A stretch of DNA of 63,377 nucleotides, the filler included, from Reticulomyxa filosa (taxonomy: Eukaryota; Protista; Foraminifera): the NCBI GenBank assembly GCA_000512085.1. It is 17 parts of 17 records of this genome, joined end to end, with 100 filler letters (N's around TTAATTAATTAA, not from the genome) between each part and the next. Parts side by side here need not be neighbours in the genome. Positions count along the whole stretch, not along the records: positions 49,104 to 52,624 come from ASPP01002152.1; positions 52,725 to 57,331 come from ASPP01020104.1; positions 57,432 to 59,797 come from ASPP01021634.1; positions 59,898 to 60,996 come from ASPP01041351.1; positions 61,097 to 63,377 come from ASPP01001427.1; 12 more parts are not named here. One strand, 5' to 3'. The notes beneath the pieces are model-generated. The model was given only the letters and a program-made list of their open reading frames with translations. It was not told where the DNA came from and ran no database searches. The position numbers and the translations under genes are program-made. This document shows positions 49,852-61,640 of this stretch, in pieces (the first letter of the stretch is position 1; each line of letters starts with the position of its first letter).

Positions 49852-51046
49852 TTATTTGGTTTTAAATGCTTTTTCTAAATAATCGGACCACCATTGCATC
49901 ATATCCCTTCGTTCTGATAAATATTGAGCATAATTATAACTAGCTCTAACTTTATTTTTATCACTATGAGCTAATTGACGTTCAATAATATCGGATTTAA
50001 AGCCATGTTCATTTAAAATTGTAGACGCAGTAGCTCTAAATCCATGTGATGTGGCTCTTGAATGATAACCCATTCTATACAACGCATATAATATAGTATT
50101 TTCACTCATAAACGAAGATGGGTTTGTTTGGTTAGGAAATAAGTATTGGTATTGCCCAAGTATTGGTATTGCCCATTTATTTGCTTGAGCTCTTGTAATA
50201 TTTTTATTGCTTGTTTTGATAAAGGAACTATGTGCAATTTCTTCATCTTCATTCTTTCATGAGGAATTCTCCATTCAGCCTTGTCAAAATTAAACTCTTC
50301 CCATTTTGCTCCTCTTAATTCAATGCTCCAAACAAAAGTTAATATAAGTAGCTTCAATGCTAGTTTAGTCTGTACATCACCTTCATAAGTTTCTAATTTT
50401 TTAATAACTCGGGCAATTCTTTTTCCTCTAATCTAGCATAATTTTCCTTTTTTCTTACTTTTAGAGCACCTCTTAAATCATAACTAATATCTCGCTCAGC
50501 TTTCCCAATAGCAACAGCATATCTAAATATTTGTCCACAGTTTGGAGAGCTCTATGAGCAATATCAATTGCTCCTCTTGCCTCTATAGATCTTAAACATG
50601 CTAATAATTCGATTGGTTTATTTCATTTACGGCTTTTTTACCTAAAGAAGGGAATATGTCAGCTTATAGCCTTCTTAAAACATACCCTGAATGCCTTTTT
50701 GTCCATTTATTTAAAGAATTTATATGCCATTCTCTTGCTATTGATTCGAATGACTTTAAATGATTAAACAAACTATGTAGTTTTCTTTTTTTCTAATATC
50801 ACAAGGATCAATACCTTCATTTACTAGTTTGCATGCTTTTTCAAGCTTTTCTCTTGCTTCCTTTAAAGAAATTTCTGGATATACTCCCAAAGCTAAAACC
50901 TTTTCTTTTCCATTTTTACGATACTTATAGCGAAAGCATTTAGTTCCACTAACTTTAACTAGTAAGTACATACCTTTCTCGTCAGAGATTTTATATTCTC
51001 TGCTCTTTGGTTTTGCATTTCTAATTAGTAAATCATTTCATGACAT
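49852..51046 (-). pseudogene. P4-like tyrosine integrase pseudogene
   Basis: MS*NDLLIRNAKPK...LALGVYPEISLKEAR (arm-binding domain), TFVWSIELRGAKW, HIVPLS, HGFRATAST, IERQLAH, VRASYN. Nonsense codon and several frameshifts. Confidence 0.92.
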
Positions 51047-51050
51047 AAGT

Positions 51051-51108
51051 GGGGGTATCCATTTTAAATTAAAATCCGATACCCCCAAAAATACCCCCAG
51101 CTACCCCC
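51051..51108. repeat. TACCCCC motif cluster, putative integrase arm-type sites
   Basis: GGGGGTATC 51051-51059 is inverted relative to GATACCCCC 51078-51086; direct copies at 51091-51098 and 51102-51108. Confidence 0.65.
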
Positions 51109-51213
51109 GGATTGTATGGAACTTTAATAAACCATCTTGGACTCTAAGATACCATATTTACCTAGCTTTGCAACGATTTTATGGATTTTAACGGACTTCA
51201 GGAAACGCCTTAA

Positions 51214-51303
51214 TGGCGGATGGGGTGGGATTCGAACCCACGGTACACTTGCGCGCACGTCGGTTTTCAAGACCGGTGCCTTAAACCGCTCGGCCACCCA
51301 TCC
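51214..51303 (-). tRNA. Bacterial tRNA-Ser (anticodon TGA)
   Basis: GGATGGG acceptor pairing with CCCATCC, loop CTTGAAA, long variable arm, GGTTCGAATCC T-loop and encoded 3' GCCA; 90 nt. Confidence 0.96.
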
Positions 51304-51431
51304 AGAGACCTTTTTATCAAATTACTCACTTATAAGCAAGCTGTATATATTAAAATGGATAATTATTATAAATTTACAAACGAGTATATAATAGGTACTC
51401 TATAATTAAGAAAATTTAAGCTATTTAATAT

Positions 51432-51818
51432 ATGAAAAAAATTATTTATATTCTTACTTTCATTACTTTAACCGCATGCGGACCTATTTATTCCAACCAT
51501 CACGAATATATAACACCTGAGTCAGAGCATGGAAGATTTTGTGTAAATCATTGTTTAGAAAATAAGACCCATTGTGGTCATCTTTGTGATAGCAATAAAA
51601 CAAGCTGTGATGCAAATGAAGATATTAAGAAATTAGCTAAGACTATAATAAGTAAAGATAATAAAAATTATCATGATAGCGATTTATCTTCAAGAAATTG
51701 CTATTGGGAGCATGATAGATGTGAGAGCAGATGTCAAAATACTTACAATCAATGTTTTACCAATTGCGGTGGTCAAGTCATTACTCATAGAGTCTGTACT
51801 GCATTTTGTAATCAGTAA
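51432..51818 (+). CDS. Cysteine-rich bacterial lipoprotein
   Basis: MKK + hydrophobic core + lipobox LTAC; 12 further Cys, many in CX3C/CX6C spacing. Confidence 0.8.
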   Translation: MKKIIYILTFITLTACGPIYSNHHEYITPESEHGRFCVNHCLENKTHCGHLCDSNKTSCDANEDIKKLAKTIISKDNKNYHDSDLSSRNCYWEHDRCESRCQNTYNQCFTNCGGQVITHRVCTAFCNQ

Positions 51819-51876
51819 TGGACAATTTTTAGTTAAAATCTAATCCTTATAAGAGATTAAACCTAAATATTTAACT

Positions 51877-52624
51877 CTATAAAGAATAAAATATATAATA
51901 AGACATAAGTATAAATACTAAAAAAGTATTTATGATTAATTTTACTTTCCAACTCTTCATTATAGAATCCATATATGGGATCAGAAAACCTATAGATATG
52001 CCTACACTAATTCCCTGAATATAACTTGCTAAATAAATATCCTTAATCCCAATAATAATAAAGTAGAAGATTATAGAATATAGTATAATAAATAAATAGT
52101 TATTTACTCGTTGATTAAGATGATATTTATCGCTAACCCACCATCCTAAAACAAACGAGCACCCAATTACAATTACTTGTATCAACCATTTGAATGCTGG
52201 AAGATCTGCAAGCAAAATAAAGAATGCAAGTAATTCCACAATTGCAAGGATAATACCTAATACAAAATATTTTATCTTATATCTATCTAGTATTCGCTTA
52301 ATTAGGTAAAAAATAGCTATTTCTATTCCAACAAAATAAAATCCACCTATAACATCAATCCAAATGTGATATCTAAAATGCACAATTCCAGTGACAGATA
52401 AACCCAACAATATCGAGATTAAAATTGTAAACCATAGCTTTCTGTAGAAGACAGCTAACAACCCCCAAAAGAGTGATCCACCTTGAGTATGTCCACTCGG
52501 AAAAGCCCAACCTATCTTTCCTACAATTGGATTTAATGGAATTTGCCATATAGATTTTAAATAGCTATTTAAAACCATATTAAATATGACCGCACAGATT
52601 ATAAATCCAAATAATTTTCTATCA
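51877..52624 (-). CDS. PAP2-family membrane phosphatase, 5'-truncated
   Basis: LKSIWQIPL, FPSGH and HFRYHIWIDVIGG motifs with multiple hydrophobic segments. Confidence 0.85.
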
Positions 52625-53176
52625 NNNNNNNNNNNNNNNNNNNNNNNNNNNNNNNNNNNNNNNNNNNNTTAATTAATTAANNNNNNNNNNNNNNNNNNNN
52701 NNNNNNNNNNNNNNNNNNNNNNNNTTGTTTGAGTGTTCTAATGCATAATTGCGTTTTTGATAAGTTTGAAATTTTATTTTTCTTTAATTTTAAATCCCTC
52801 ATAACCAAATACCTCACATAATTTGCAAACGAAAAAAAGTTCTGTAGCAAACCGCTAAGCCAACCAAACCAAGAACCAGCCTCCAACAGTAAACACAAAC
52901 AGAAAAAAACCAATTAAAAAATTCATGTCTTTTTACAAAGCGAATGATACAACACATAAAAAGGACCAAACAAAAGAAAAAAAGAGGAACAGACCAATTA
53001 ACAGGTTGCACATTCTTTTGTAAAAGAGCAAAAAAAAGGGCTCAGATATGCAAATGCTTTGCCAAATCCAAAGCCCTTTGGCAATTTTGAACCATTTTAT
53101 TTTGTTTCTCCCATCAGGAGGGAACAAAAAACAAAAGAACATACATTTCATTCACTATTCCATGCCTTCACAAATG

Positions 53177-56100
53177 TCATTGTTTGTTGGAAGTGATTAG
53201 GTTACCATGATGAGAATTAGGCTTAGGAGTACGAGCTCCATGTCGGTTTAACTCAGTAGTTAAATATTCCAGATGTTCTCGCAGCGGTGCGTTACCACTG
53301 ACGAAATGTTCTTCGCTTAGCAACTTTCGATAAGTAGCTAAAGCGATATTTTTCATTACACGGTAGCTTTCGCTTGATTTTTGAATTTTTTCTTGGGCCT
53401 CTTTGCGAGTGTTTTCAATCATTTCTCGCAATTGCTGCCGTCTTTGCCTTCCTTCTTCATTTTGCTTTTTTAAATTTGCAATTTCTTCGTCTGTGTACGA
53501 ATTTGCGACAAATGGCGGATACGCTTTGATATGCTCTTTTTTTAACTCTAACTAAAGAAGGAGAAGACAAAAAAAAGATTTATGCTAATTAACCTTTCTC
53601 TTGGCATATAGTCTGGTATTGTTTGGCTTGTTTTTCAGCTTCGATTCTTTGTTTCAGCTCAGTGACAGGGTTGCACGTTTCATCTTTACATCGATTTTCC
53701 CAAGTTTTAATAAGTTGTTGCATTTCTTGGACATTTTGATTTTGTCCTTGTTTTTTGAGTTCCTCGTACAAGTTTTTGAAGTTGTTGCACTCCGCTTGTA
53801 ACTGTGCAATTTTGTTTTTCGAAGGATTTAATCGATCTTGGTAGCTTTCTTTCATTGTAAGCAATTGTTCATTTTCACGTGAAATGTTACTCCACCTCGC
53901 ATGTTCATTTTTCAATTGCTCTTGCACTGCTGTCAAAGCTTGTTTAACCTCTTCAACTTCGTGCTTTTTTAAAAAGTTTGAACGAGATTTTAAAAAGAAA
54001 TACTTGGGAAAAAAAAAAACAGAAGTGAGACAAACAAAACAAAATCAGATAGCATCCTATCTCAACTTGATGTAACAGTACTTTTTGTTGCGATTTTTGC
54101 AACTCCTTTTGGCAAGCTTCATAGTCAACCACTAACTTATCTTTAATTGTAATTAATTCTGAATATTTTTCTTGGCAAACTCGGAAGGCTAGTTTAGACT
54201 GCGAGCTGCTGTCGCTATCTCTATCTTTCAGTAGTTCTTCTCTGTGTTTCAATTCCATTTGGAGCAGCTTTACAGTATTGTTGTTATTGTTATTAATTAC
54301 AGTAAATTAAAAAGATGTGATATCAATTTACTTATATACCGTCGTTTGTTTGGTCAAATTTCCGGTCTGTTCTTGCAACGCTTCCATTTTAGCTTGGTAT
54401 TCCTTTTCTCGTTGTTGTGATGCTTGTCTGAATCGGTTTAACTCTTGCTCGGTGAGGCTGCACGACGACTGCAGCTGGTGTGTGGTTTCAATCAATCGAT
54501 TGCATTCTTGTTGTTTTTCATTTAACAAGTCTGTCAACTCTTTCAATTGTTCATTTTGAAATCGTTCATCTGTCTCATTGATCTCATTCATTTGCACGTA
54601 CTGTTCTCGCAACCTCTCACAACGTTGATTTTTTTCGTCCACTTCACTTACCAGCATTTCTATCGCTTTTCTTTGGCATTTGATAATTTTCATTTGTCCT
54701 TCCAGTCTAGACTGATTTTTATTCACTATACGCTCACGGTCCATTAATTCAGCAGACAATTTTTCAAGTCGCATCTTCTCTTTGCTTATACTCTCTTTTT
54801 TTGCATGCAGTCTTTAATGACCCCAAAATTCACAAAACATTAACTGTAATAAGAAAAAAAAAATTGGGTGAAAAAAATGAATTGCTCAATTTTAACTCAA
54901 GGGCAAGCTTATCACCCATTGCCATGTGATTCGAGAGCATGCGACGCTGGTCCAGTGCAGAACTTGCAACCACATTGGAAATGAGGTCGCTTACTATTGA
55001 ACGGCAAATAATGTATTTTAATGACGTGTTCATTTCTTGTGTTACTGCCGCGCGAATTTGCACCTCTTTTTCACTCAATGTTATATTTATGATCGAGTTT
55101 AATTTTTCACAACGCTGCTCCAATTGGTGTGTCTTATCTGTGAGTTTTGACACACAAATATTTATCAATTCGTCTAAATCACTGTTCGGCTTGCAATCTG
55201 GATATTTTTGTTTTGTTTAAAAAAAATACAATCAATTAAGTTTCTTTCCTCAAGCATGTATAAACCATGTGTTTTGATCCTTCCCCTCCCCCAATCTTCT
55301 CTTTCTCTCCTCTGTTCCTTATTTAAATAAATAAAAATGTGAATAAATAATATAATATTCTGCTTTACCTTCAACATGATGGCAATAACCCTGGAATAAT
55401 GATTCCAGCTCTTGACACCGGAGTAGCACATCATGATACAAGCGCTTGTATTCTGCAATTTTTTCGTCTGTTTCTTTGTTTTGATCGTGATGCAAATGAT
55501 GTTGTCTAGACACCTCTTCCTGTAAACCACACACGCATGCCATATACAAACACACGTCGGAAAAGTGAACCAAAAAAACTAAACTTGAAATTCTTTATGC
55601 TTTATTTGCATTTGGTCAAAGTCACGGCTCATCGCTTCATACTTTTCATGAACGTGTGATAATTCAAGTATTTGTTGATTTAAGTGTTCCACTTTGATAA
55701 TATTTTCGTGTTCTTTCCTTTCAAAGTTTTTCAGTTCGATTTTTAGCGTCATCACTTCCTCTTTGAAGACACTACCCTCTGCGATTTGCGTTTCAAATAC
55801 TTTTATCTGCTGTTTCAAGTGGTCATTGCTGTCCATCAGTTCTTTGTACGATGTCTTCAATAAAATGTTTTCTTTGGTTATACTTGCCAACATATTTTCT
55901 TTCTCTTCTTTCAAAGATTCCAGCTCCTGACATTTCATTTTCAACTCTTTTTGCACATACTCCACTCGCGTTTGATACGAGTCCTTTCCCTCATTCGACT
56001 CATTTCCTTCTTTCCATGTTTCTTTTCCCTCTTTTTCTTGTATCATTTTCTCGTCATATTTTTTGTGCAACTTTCCATACTTTGTACGCTGTTCATTTAA

Positions 56101-57062
56101 TTTGCATATCACATGATTTTTGTTTGTTTTGCTTCGTTTATTCCTGTCCCCCCCCCCCTCCCCTTCTTCATGTCTCAAATCATGACAAATGAAAAACGTT
56201 TTGAAATTAGAATATTTTACGGCGGACTTATTAACTAATGTTCTGAGTTGATTGCATCTTACAGCATATTTTCTTGACTGCTCTTCAAAGGCTGTTTCAT
56301 ACTGTGTGAGTTTGTTTTTAAGATTTTGATTGACCTCGGCGTACTGCATAATCGTTTCTTGCGCATTTTCCAAGCGAATTTCAATTGGGTTCATATTCGC
56401 ATTTGGAAATGAGTCCGCCTCGTCCAATTCTTTTCGCAAGTTTCTGGAAGATCCACGTCTGAGTTCCTTTACCAGTGCTGTCATATCTGCTTCTGTTGTT
56501 GTCTGCTTCTCATTTCCACTGACTACCACACACACATATGCATTCTCAAAAAAAAAAAAAAATGTGACGATAAAATAATAATGATATAATACAACAATAC
56601 ATTTTTTTTTTTCTTCTCATTTGTTTATTTGTTTTTCTTCATCACTATATCTTGATATGTACGCACCCATACATCAAGATACATTGTTCCTTCGGGAAAA
56701 GAAAAAAACCCCGCAATGTTTTTTGTTCTACCTTTCTTCCTCAAAAGAAATTAGAAAGAACACACTTACATTGGGCAGTAAAAGTGAAACAATTTTTGAC
56801 TGGCGAAGGTGATGTTTGTCCTGGTGGCTGTAAAGTCAAAAAAAAAAAAAAAAAGTAAATGGTAACCCCAAGTTTATATAATAAACACAAGCACATAGCG
56901 GTGTTTCTCAACTCGAGGAGAAACATCACTTGCAAATCCTTTCGATGACGGAGGACCAACAAACGGCAAATTTTGCAATTGGGTGTAGCTGTCCTGCACA
57001 TTCGAGTCTGTTTTTTTTTTCCATTGTTCGCCGCCGTCATTGACTGCAGGTGGTACACTCAT
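53177..57062 (-). CDS. Large multi-exon coiled-coil protein
   Basis: Series of E/K/Q-rich minus-strand ORFs (56874-57062, 55579-56535, 55319-55573, 54830-55168, 54328-54774, 53953-54258, 53589-53936, 53177-53431) separated by short introns. Confidence 0.75.
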
Positions 57063-58872
57063 TCTGTTTGTTTATTTGTCGTCATCAACATTTTCAGTAT
57101 ACGTGTCCAGGAAGGAGAAACGGTCTGACTTTCGATCCTTCTTTTTTAAAAAAAAAAACAATTGCAAAACCCAACTCACCTCTTTCTTCTCTTTTTGTTT
57201 GTTTGTTTTTTTTTTTTTGTTTTTTTTTTTGAAAAAAAAAAAAAAACATATAACAACAAAAAAAGTTAATAAGTGGGGACAAGAGACAATATTGACCCCA
57301 ATCATTCAACCCAATTTTTTTTTTTTTTTTTNNNNNNNNNNNNNNNNNNNNNNNNNNNNNNNNNNNNNNNNNNNNTTAATTAATTAANNNNNNNNNNNNN
57401 NNNNNNNNNNNNNNNNNNNNNNNNNNNNNNNCAAAACCAAATCATCTTCAGGAGTATGCCATATGGCAGATTAGGAAATTGTTGATGCAAGAGAATTTCA
57501 TAGAGAAACGATCCTGTACAAGTATTTCCTTAAAGAAAAAGGGAAAAGAGAGATTGAAATAACCACGCAAACACGCATTGGTTGTACATTACAAACCAAC
57601 AAACATATTTATAAAATGAATAATGAGCTATAATATATCAAGTTGTCCATTTCCCGCCGCCTCGCAATAATATTTCTTTATTTTAATAATTTTAGAAAAA
57701 TAAACACTGCCCACAAAATGAGCAAACAATAATGGCTTCGAGGATTTTGTAGAAACGCATAAAAAAATTCGAAACCAAGTTTTTTTTTTTATTGTCAAAA
57801 AAAAAATCCTTGCTAAGTTTTTCCACTCCAATAAATAACAATGGAAAAACTATTTCTTTTTACTATTCTTATTTATTATTGGATTGCATTTTGTAACAAT
57901 ACCCCTTTTTACAAATTGTCAATGTGTTGTGCAATCTCTTGAACTTGTGTATTCCAGAAAAACGTCAAATTTTTTGTGTTTCCAGGGATTGTACATGCGT
58001 TCAATGGATACCCAATAACTTGTTTTTTTTAAATGTTTTTCCCAGTGAATTGCTCTCCACGCGTATAGAATAATGGCTTTTTGCCAATTGCTTTAATCAT
58101 TCCAGCAGTATCAAATGCCCTTCTTTTCAATTCGATTTCTTTTTTTTTTTTGAAAAAAGAGGCTTATAATCACTTTAAAAAAACTCTTCAACGTACTGTA
58201 GGCAGTCTCTATATCAAGGACAAAGGCATTTTTGGGAATCCCCAAAGCCGTGAGAAACGGCAAGAAGGCGAAGAACACTTTCCCCTCCTTAATGATTGCA
58301 GTTCGAACTGAACGTTTGGCTTCCCAAAAGCTCAACAGACTCTCTTTTTTTTGTCTGTAGTTGAAACTTTAAAAGTTACAATCTGCCAGAAAAGCTCAAG
58401 ATAAACACAAGAAGATTACACATTACATATTTAGATCTTAAAATACCAATTTAATGTTTGAATTAATTAAAAAAAAATGATTTATTAACAATTAATATTT
58501 GGATATGAACAATGATTTTTTAAGTTTCCACCCCCCCTCAAATAAGAATGACCCACATTCTTTCTATCAATTTTCAGAGGAAAGCAATATAATCTATTGC
58601 TTTCAAACAAACTAATTTCGTATATGAAAGAATACTTTTGCATATGCAATTTATGTATCTAAAAAAAAAAAGAGCATATCTTTTCAAACTCGTTTTAATG
58701 TTTTGAATAACGTAAACACAAAAGATATGCATGCCATGAAAGCATAACTAACAACCCATTTTAAAAGTTTTTTTTTTTTTTACTTGACCGAACCAAACAA
58801 ACACAAAAAAGAAAAAATAAGTGTGAAATTTCTTACAATTACCGATTAAAAAAAAAAAAGTATTTCTTTATG

Positions 58873-59760
58873 CTACTGCCAAATTCGAATTTTGTTGTCC
58901 CAGGATCCCGACACAATTGTGTTTCCATCTGATGAAACATCGACAGATAACGCCGAATTGGAATGTTCTTCCAAGACCTGTATTTGATTTCCCGATTTCA
59001 CATCCCACAAACGAATGGTTTGATCATTTGAACAAGATACAATAGTTTGACAATCTGGAAAATATTTGACATCATTTACAAAGCCTGAATGTCCTTCCAG
59101 CATTTTGAATTGTCTTCCTGACGCGACATGCCATATCCGAATAGTCTTTTGACCATGAGCAAGAAACAGCAAATTGGCCATCTGGAGAAAACATTGCACG
59201 TCTTACATAACCGGAATGTCCTTTTAATTGTTTCAATATTTTACCAGATGTCGCATCCCATATTCCAATGATTTTATCAGCAGATGCAGATAAAACCATT
59301 TTTCCATCCGGTGAAAATTGTGTACTGTTTACACCATTTGAATGTCCTTGCAATATTTGAATCTCTTTCTTCAAATGCAAATCCCAAATGCGAATTAGTT
59401 TATCTTCTGAACATGATACAATATATTTACCATTTGGAGAAAAACTCACATCAAATACCAAATCTTCATGTCCTCTCAATCTCATCAATTCATTCCCAGA
59501 GTGTACATCCCATAATCGAATTGTTTTATCACCTGAACATGATACAACAGTATTTCCATCTGGTGAAAATTCTGCATCATATACCCAAAATCCATGTCCA
59601 TTACAAATTTGCATTTGCTTTCCTGATGACACATCCCATATTCGAACTGTTTTATCTTTTGATGCTGAAACAATCTTGCGACCATCTGCTGAAAATCGTA
59701 CACTGTTTATTGAGTCTTTATGTCCTTCCATAACTTTCAATAATTGAAAATGTTTTGCCT
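58873..59760 (-). CDS. WD40-repeat protein (about 7 repeats) with one frameshift near 59155; 5'-incomplete
   Basis: Repeated GH...V..V.FSPDG..IVS.S.DKTIRIWD units split across ORFs 59072-59740 and 58873-59199. Confidence 0.88.
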
Positions 59761-60520
59761 ATTTTTTTTTTTTTTTTTTTTTAAAAGTATTATCAAANNN
59801 NNNNNNNNNNNNNNNNNNNNNNNNNNNNNNNNNNNNNNNNNTTAATTAATTAANNNNNNNNNNNNNNNNNNNNNNNNNNNNNNNNNNNNNNNNNNNNGAC
59901 ACAAAAATTCAAAAAAATATTTTTATGAAAGAAAAAATTTGTTTATAATTGCCATTACCACTGTCATTGCCATCATTATCACCTGATTTTTGTTTCATCA
60001 CTGCATCATTAACCCTGAGCACAATTTCATTTCTTCCACATGTCTTAGCAAAATCAAGTATTTGCATTAGCCATGCAATTTCTTCAGATACGTTTTGACT
60101 TGTCAATACTGGAAACAACCTAAACTTGAATCGTTTCGTATCTTGATTTATCTCACAAAGTATTCATACAATAGATCAAATCAACAAAATTAATATATGT
60201 TGTATTTATCTTCGGTTTTAATTCGCCAATTTTATCTTGCATTTGTTTTATTGTCATCTCTGTAGTGTCTATGTTATCTTTACTACATTGTTTTTTCAAA
60301 CTAGCTTTTGTATATCTTGACCAAGGCAATATATTATTTTTATGACCTTCGATTAATTCGTCTGCTTTTTTGTCATTAGGCGTTCTTAGAACTTATACCT
60401 GCTTTATTTAAAAGCGGGCTAAATACTACTCGTTTTTTCTATTTATCCAATAAATTTGAACTACTAATTTTGCTTTTTTTTAAATTGTTTTTCTTCTTTT
60501 TTTGTTAGTATTTCTTCTCC

Positions 60521-60996
60521 TTAATTTGATCTCCGTTTCTTTAGAGAATGGCCTTTTGCAGTTAGCTTTTGGATGCTAGCGTTCCATGTGTTTTCTTTTT
60601 GTGTTGTTGAATATCGAAATTGTGCTAGTTCACTTAAAATTTTATAATCTATTACTAAGAATATCTCTCTAAGTTCTCCGCTATCGGCAGGCTTTAATGA
60701 CAGCACCAAATCTGGTCTCGCAGTTGTCTTTTTAGCTCTAGTATCATTAGACTCTTTATTTTTAACCAGACAGCCATTCAATGTAATGTTTTTTCCTTCG
60801 TAAAATTTACTGTCAGTTATATCTTTATATGTCGTGCAGAGGCAACTTAGTATATTCACATGATTTCCAGCTTCATCACTATATGCTTCTACGGCATGTG
60901 CAGTATTTTCGATATTATATTTGATTTTGTTAATATCAATGGTGCTACTTACATCTAATTCTTTTTTATTGATATTATTGATGTAATCAATTATAC
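60521..60996 (-). CDS. Hypothetical protein fragment with a PD-(D/E)xK-like motif; 5'-truncated
   Basis: Frame is open to the contig end; ARPDLVL...FLVIDYK. Confidence 0.4.
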
Positions 60997-61249
60997 NNNN
61001 NNNNNNNNNNNNNNNNNNNNNNNNNNNNNNNNNNNNNNNNTTAATTAATTAANNNNNNNNNNNNNNNNNNNNNNNNNNNNNNNNNNNNNNNNNNNNTGTA
61101 AATGTCTTTTTTGTTGTTTTTTCAAAATGGTCAAGTCAAATATCTTTTTTTTTAAAGAGTTAAACTACTTACAAAAATTCAGTAGTATTGACAACATGGT
61201 TAATCAAAACACAGTCCACTTTCAAACTTAGTGCTCTAACGCAAATTTA

Positions 61250-61640
61250 TATATTGCTTTTTTCTGTTTCATTATCAGCAATGGTTTTTTCTTTTTTGTA
61301 ATAGCACTTAGATCACTTTGCTTTAACATATTTGTAATTGTTGAACGCGAACCAGTGGCAAAATTTCTTCTTTCCATTTATATTATAAAATCTATTGATA
61401 TAAAATCTTACTAGTTATCATATATATGACAATAATAAGATGCAATCTCAAAGGTATCTTTTGCGGACGTCCAGTGAGTTGATTTTTCAAAATTTTGAAA
61501 TCTTTTTTAAAAGTTAAAAACAATTTTATAACACACGCATTGCTAACTTTAAATTTTTGGGTCAATTTACGATAGCTTGAGCTATTTCGTACCATTTCGA
61601 CAGCACGACCTTTCACAAAACAATCAACATATTTTCCTAT
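61250..61640 (-). mobile_element. Decayed Tc1-like transposase N-terminal DNA-binding region
   Basis: VKGRAVEMVRNSSSYRKLTQKFKVSNACV...TGRPQKI, an HTH followed by a GRPRK-like linker. Confidence 0.55.

Noticed and set aside
51137-51405. ORFs 51137-51391 and 51220-51405
   Set aside because: They are shadow ORFs antisense to the tRNA-Ser.
49104-52624. Horizontal transfer of a bacterial island into the eukaryote genome
   Set aside because: The contig is bounded by linkers on both sides and shows no eukaryotic junction.
57900-58335. Possible J-domain fragment (ALGIPKNA...IETAY)
   Set aside because: No HPD motif was found and the frames are broken.
2105-61096. TTAATTAATTAA recurring 16 times as a biological repeat or CRISPR-like array, and ORFs running through the N blocks
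   Set aside because: It is always centred in exactly 44+44 N, so it is an artificial linker. ORFs containing X and gene neighbourhoods across linkers are artefacts.
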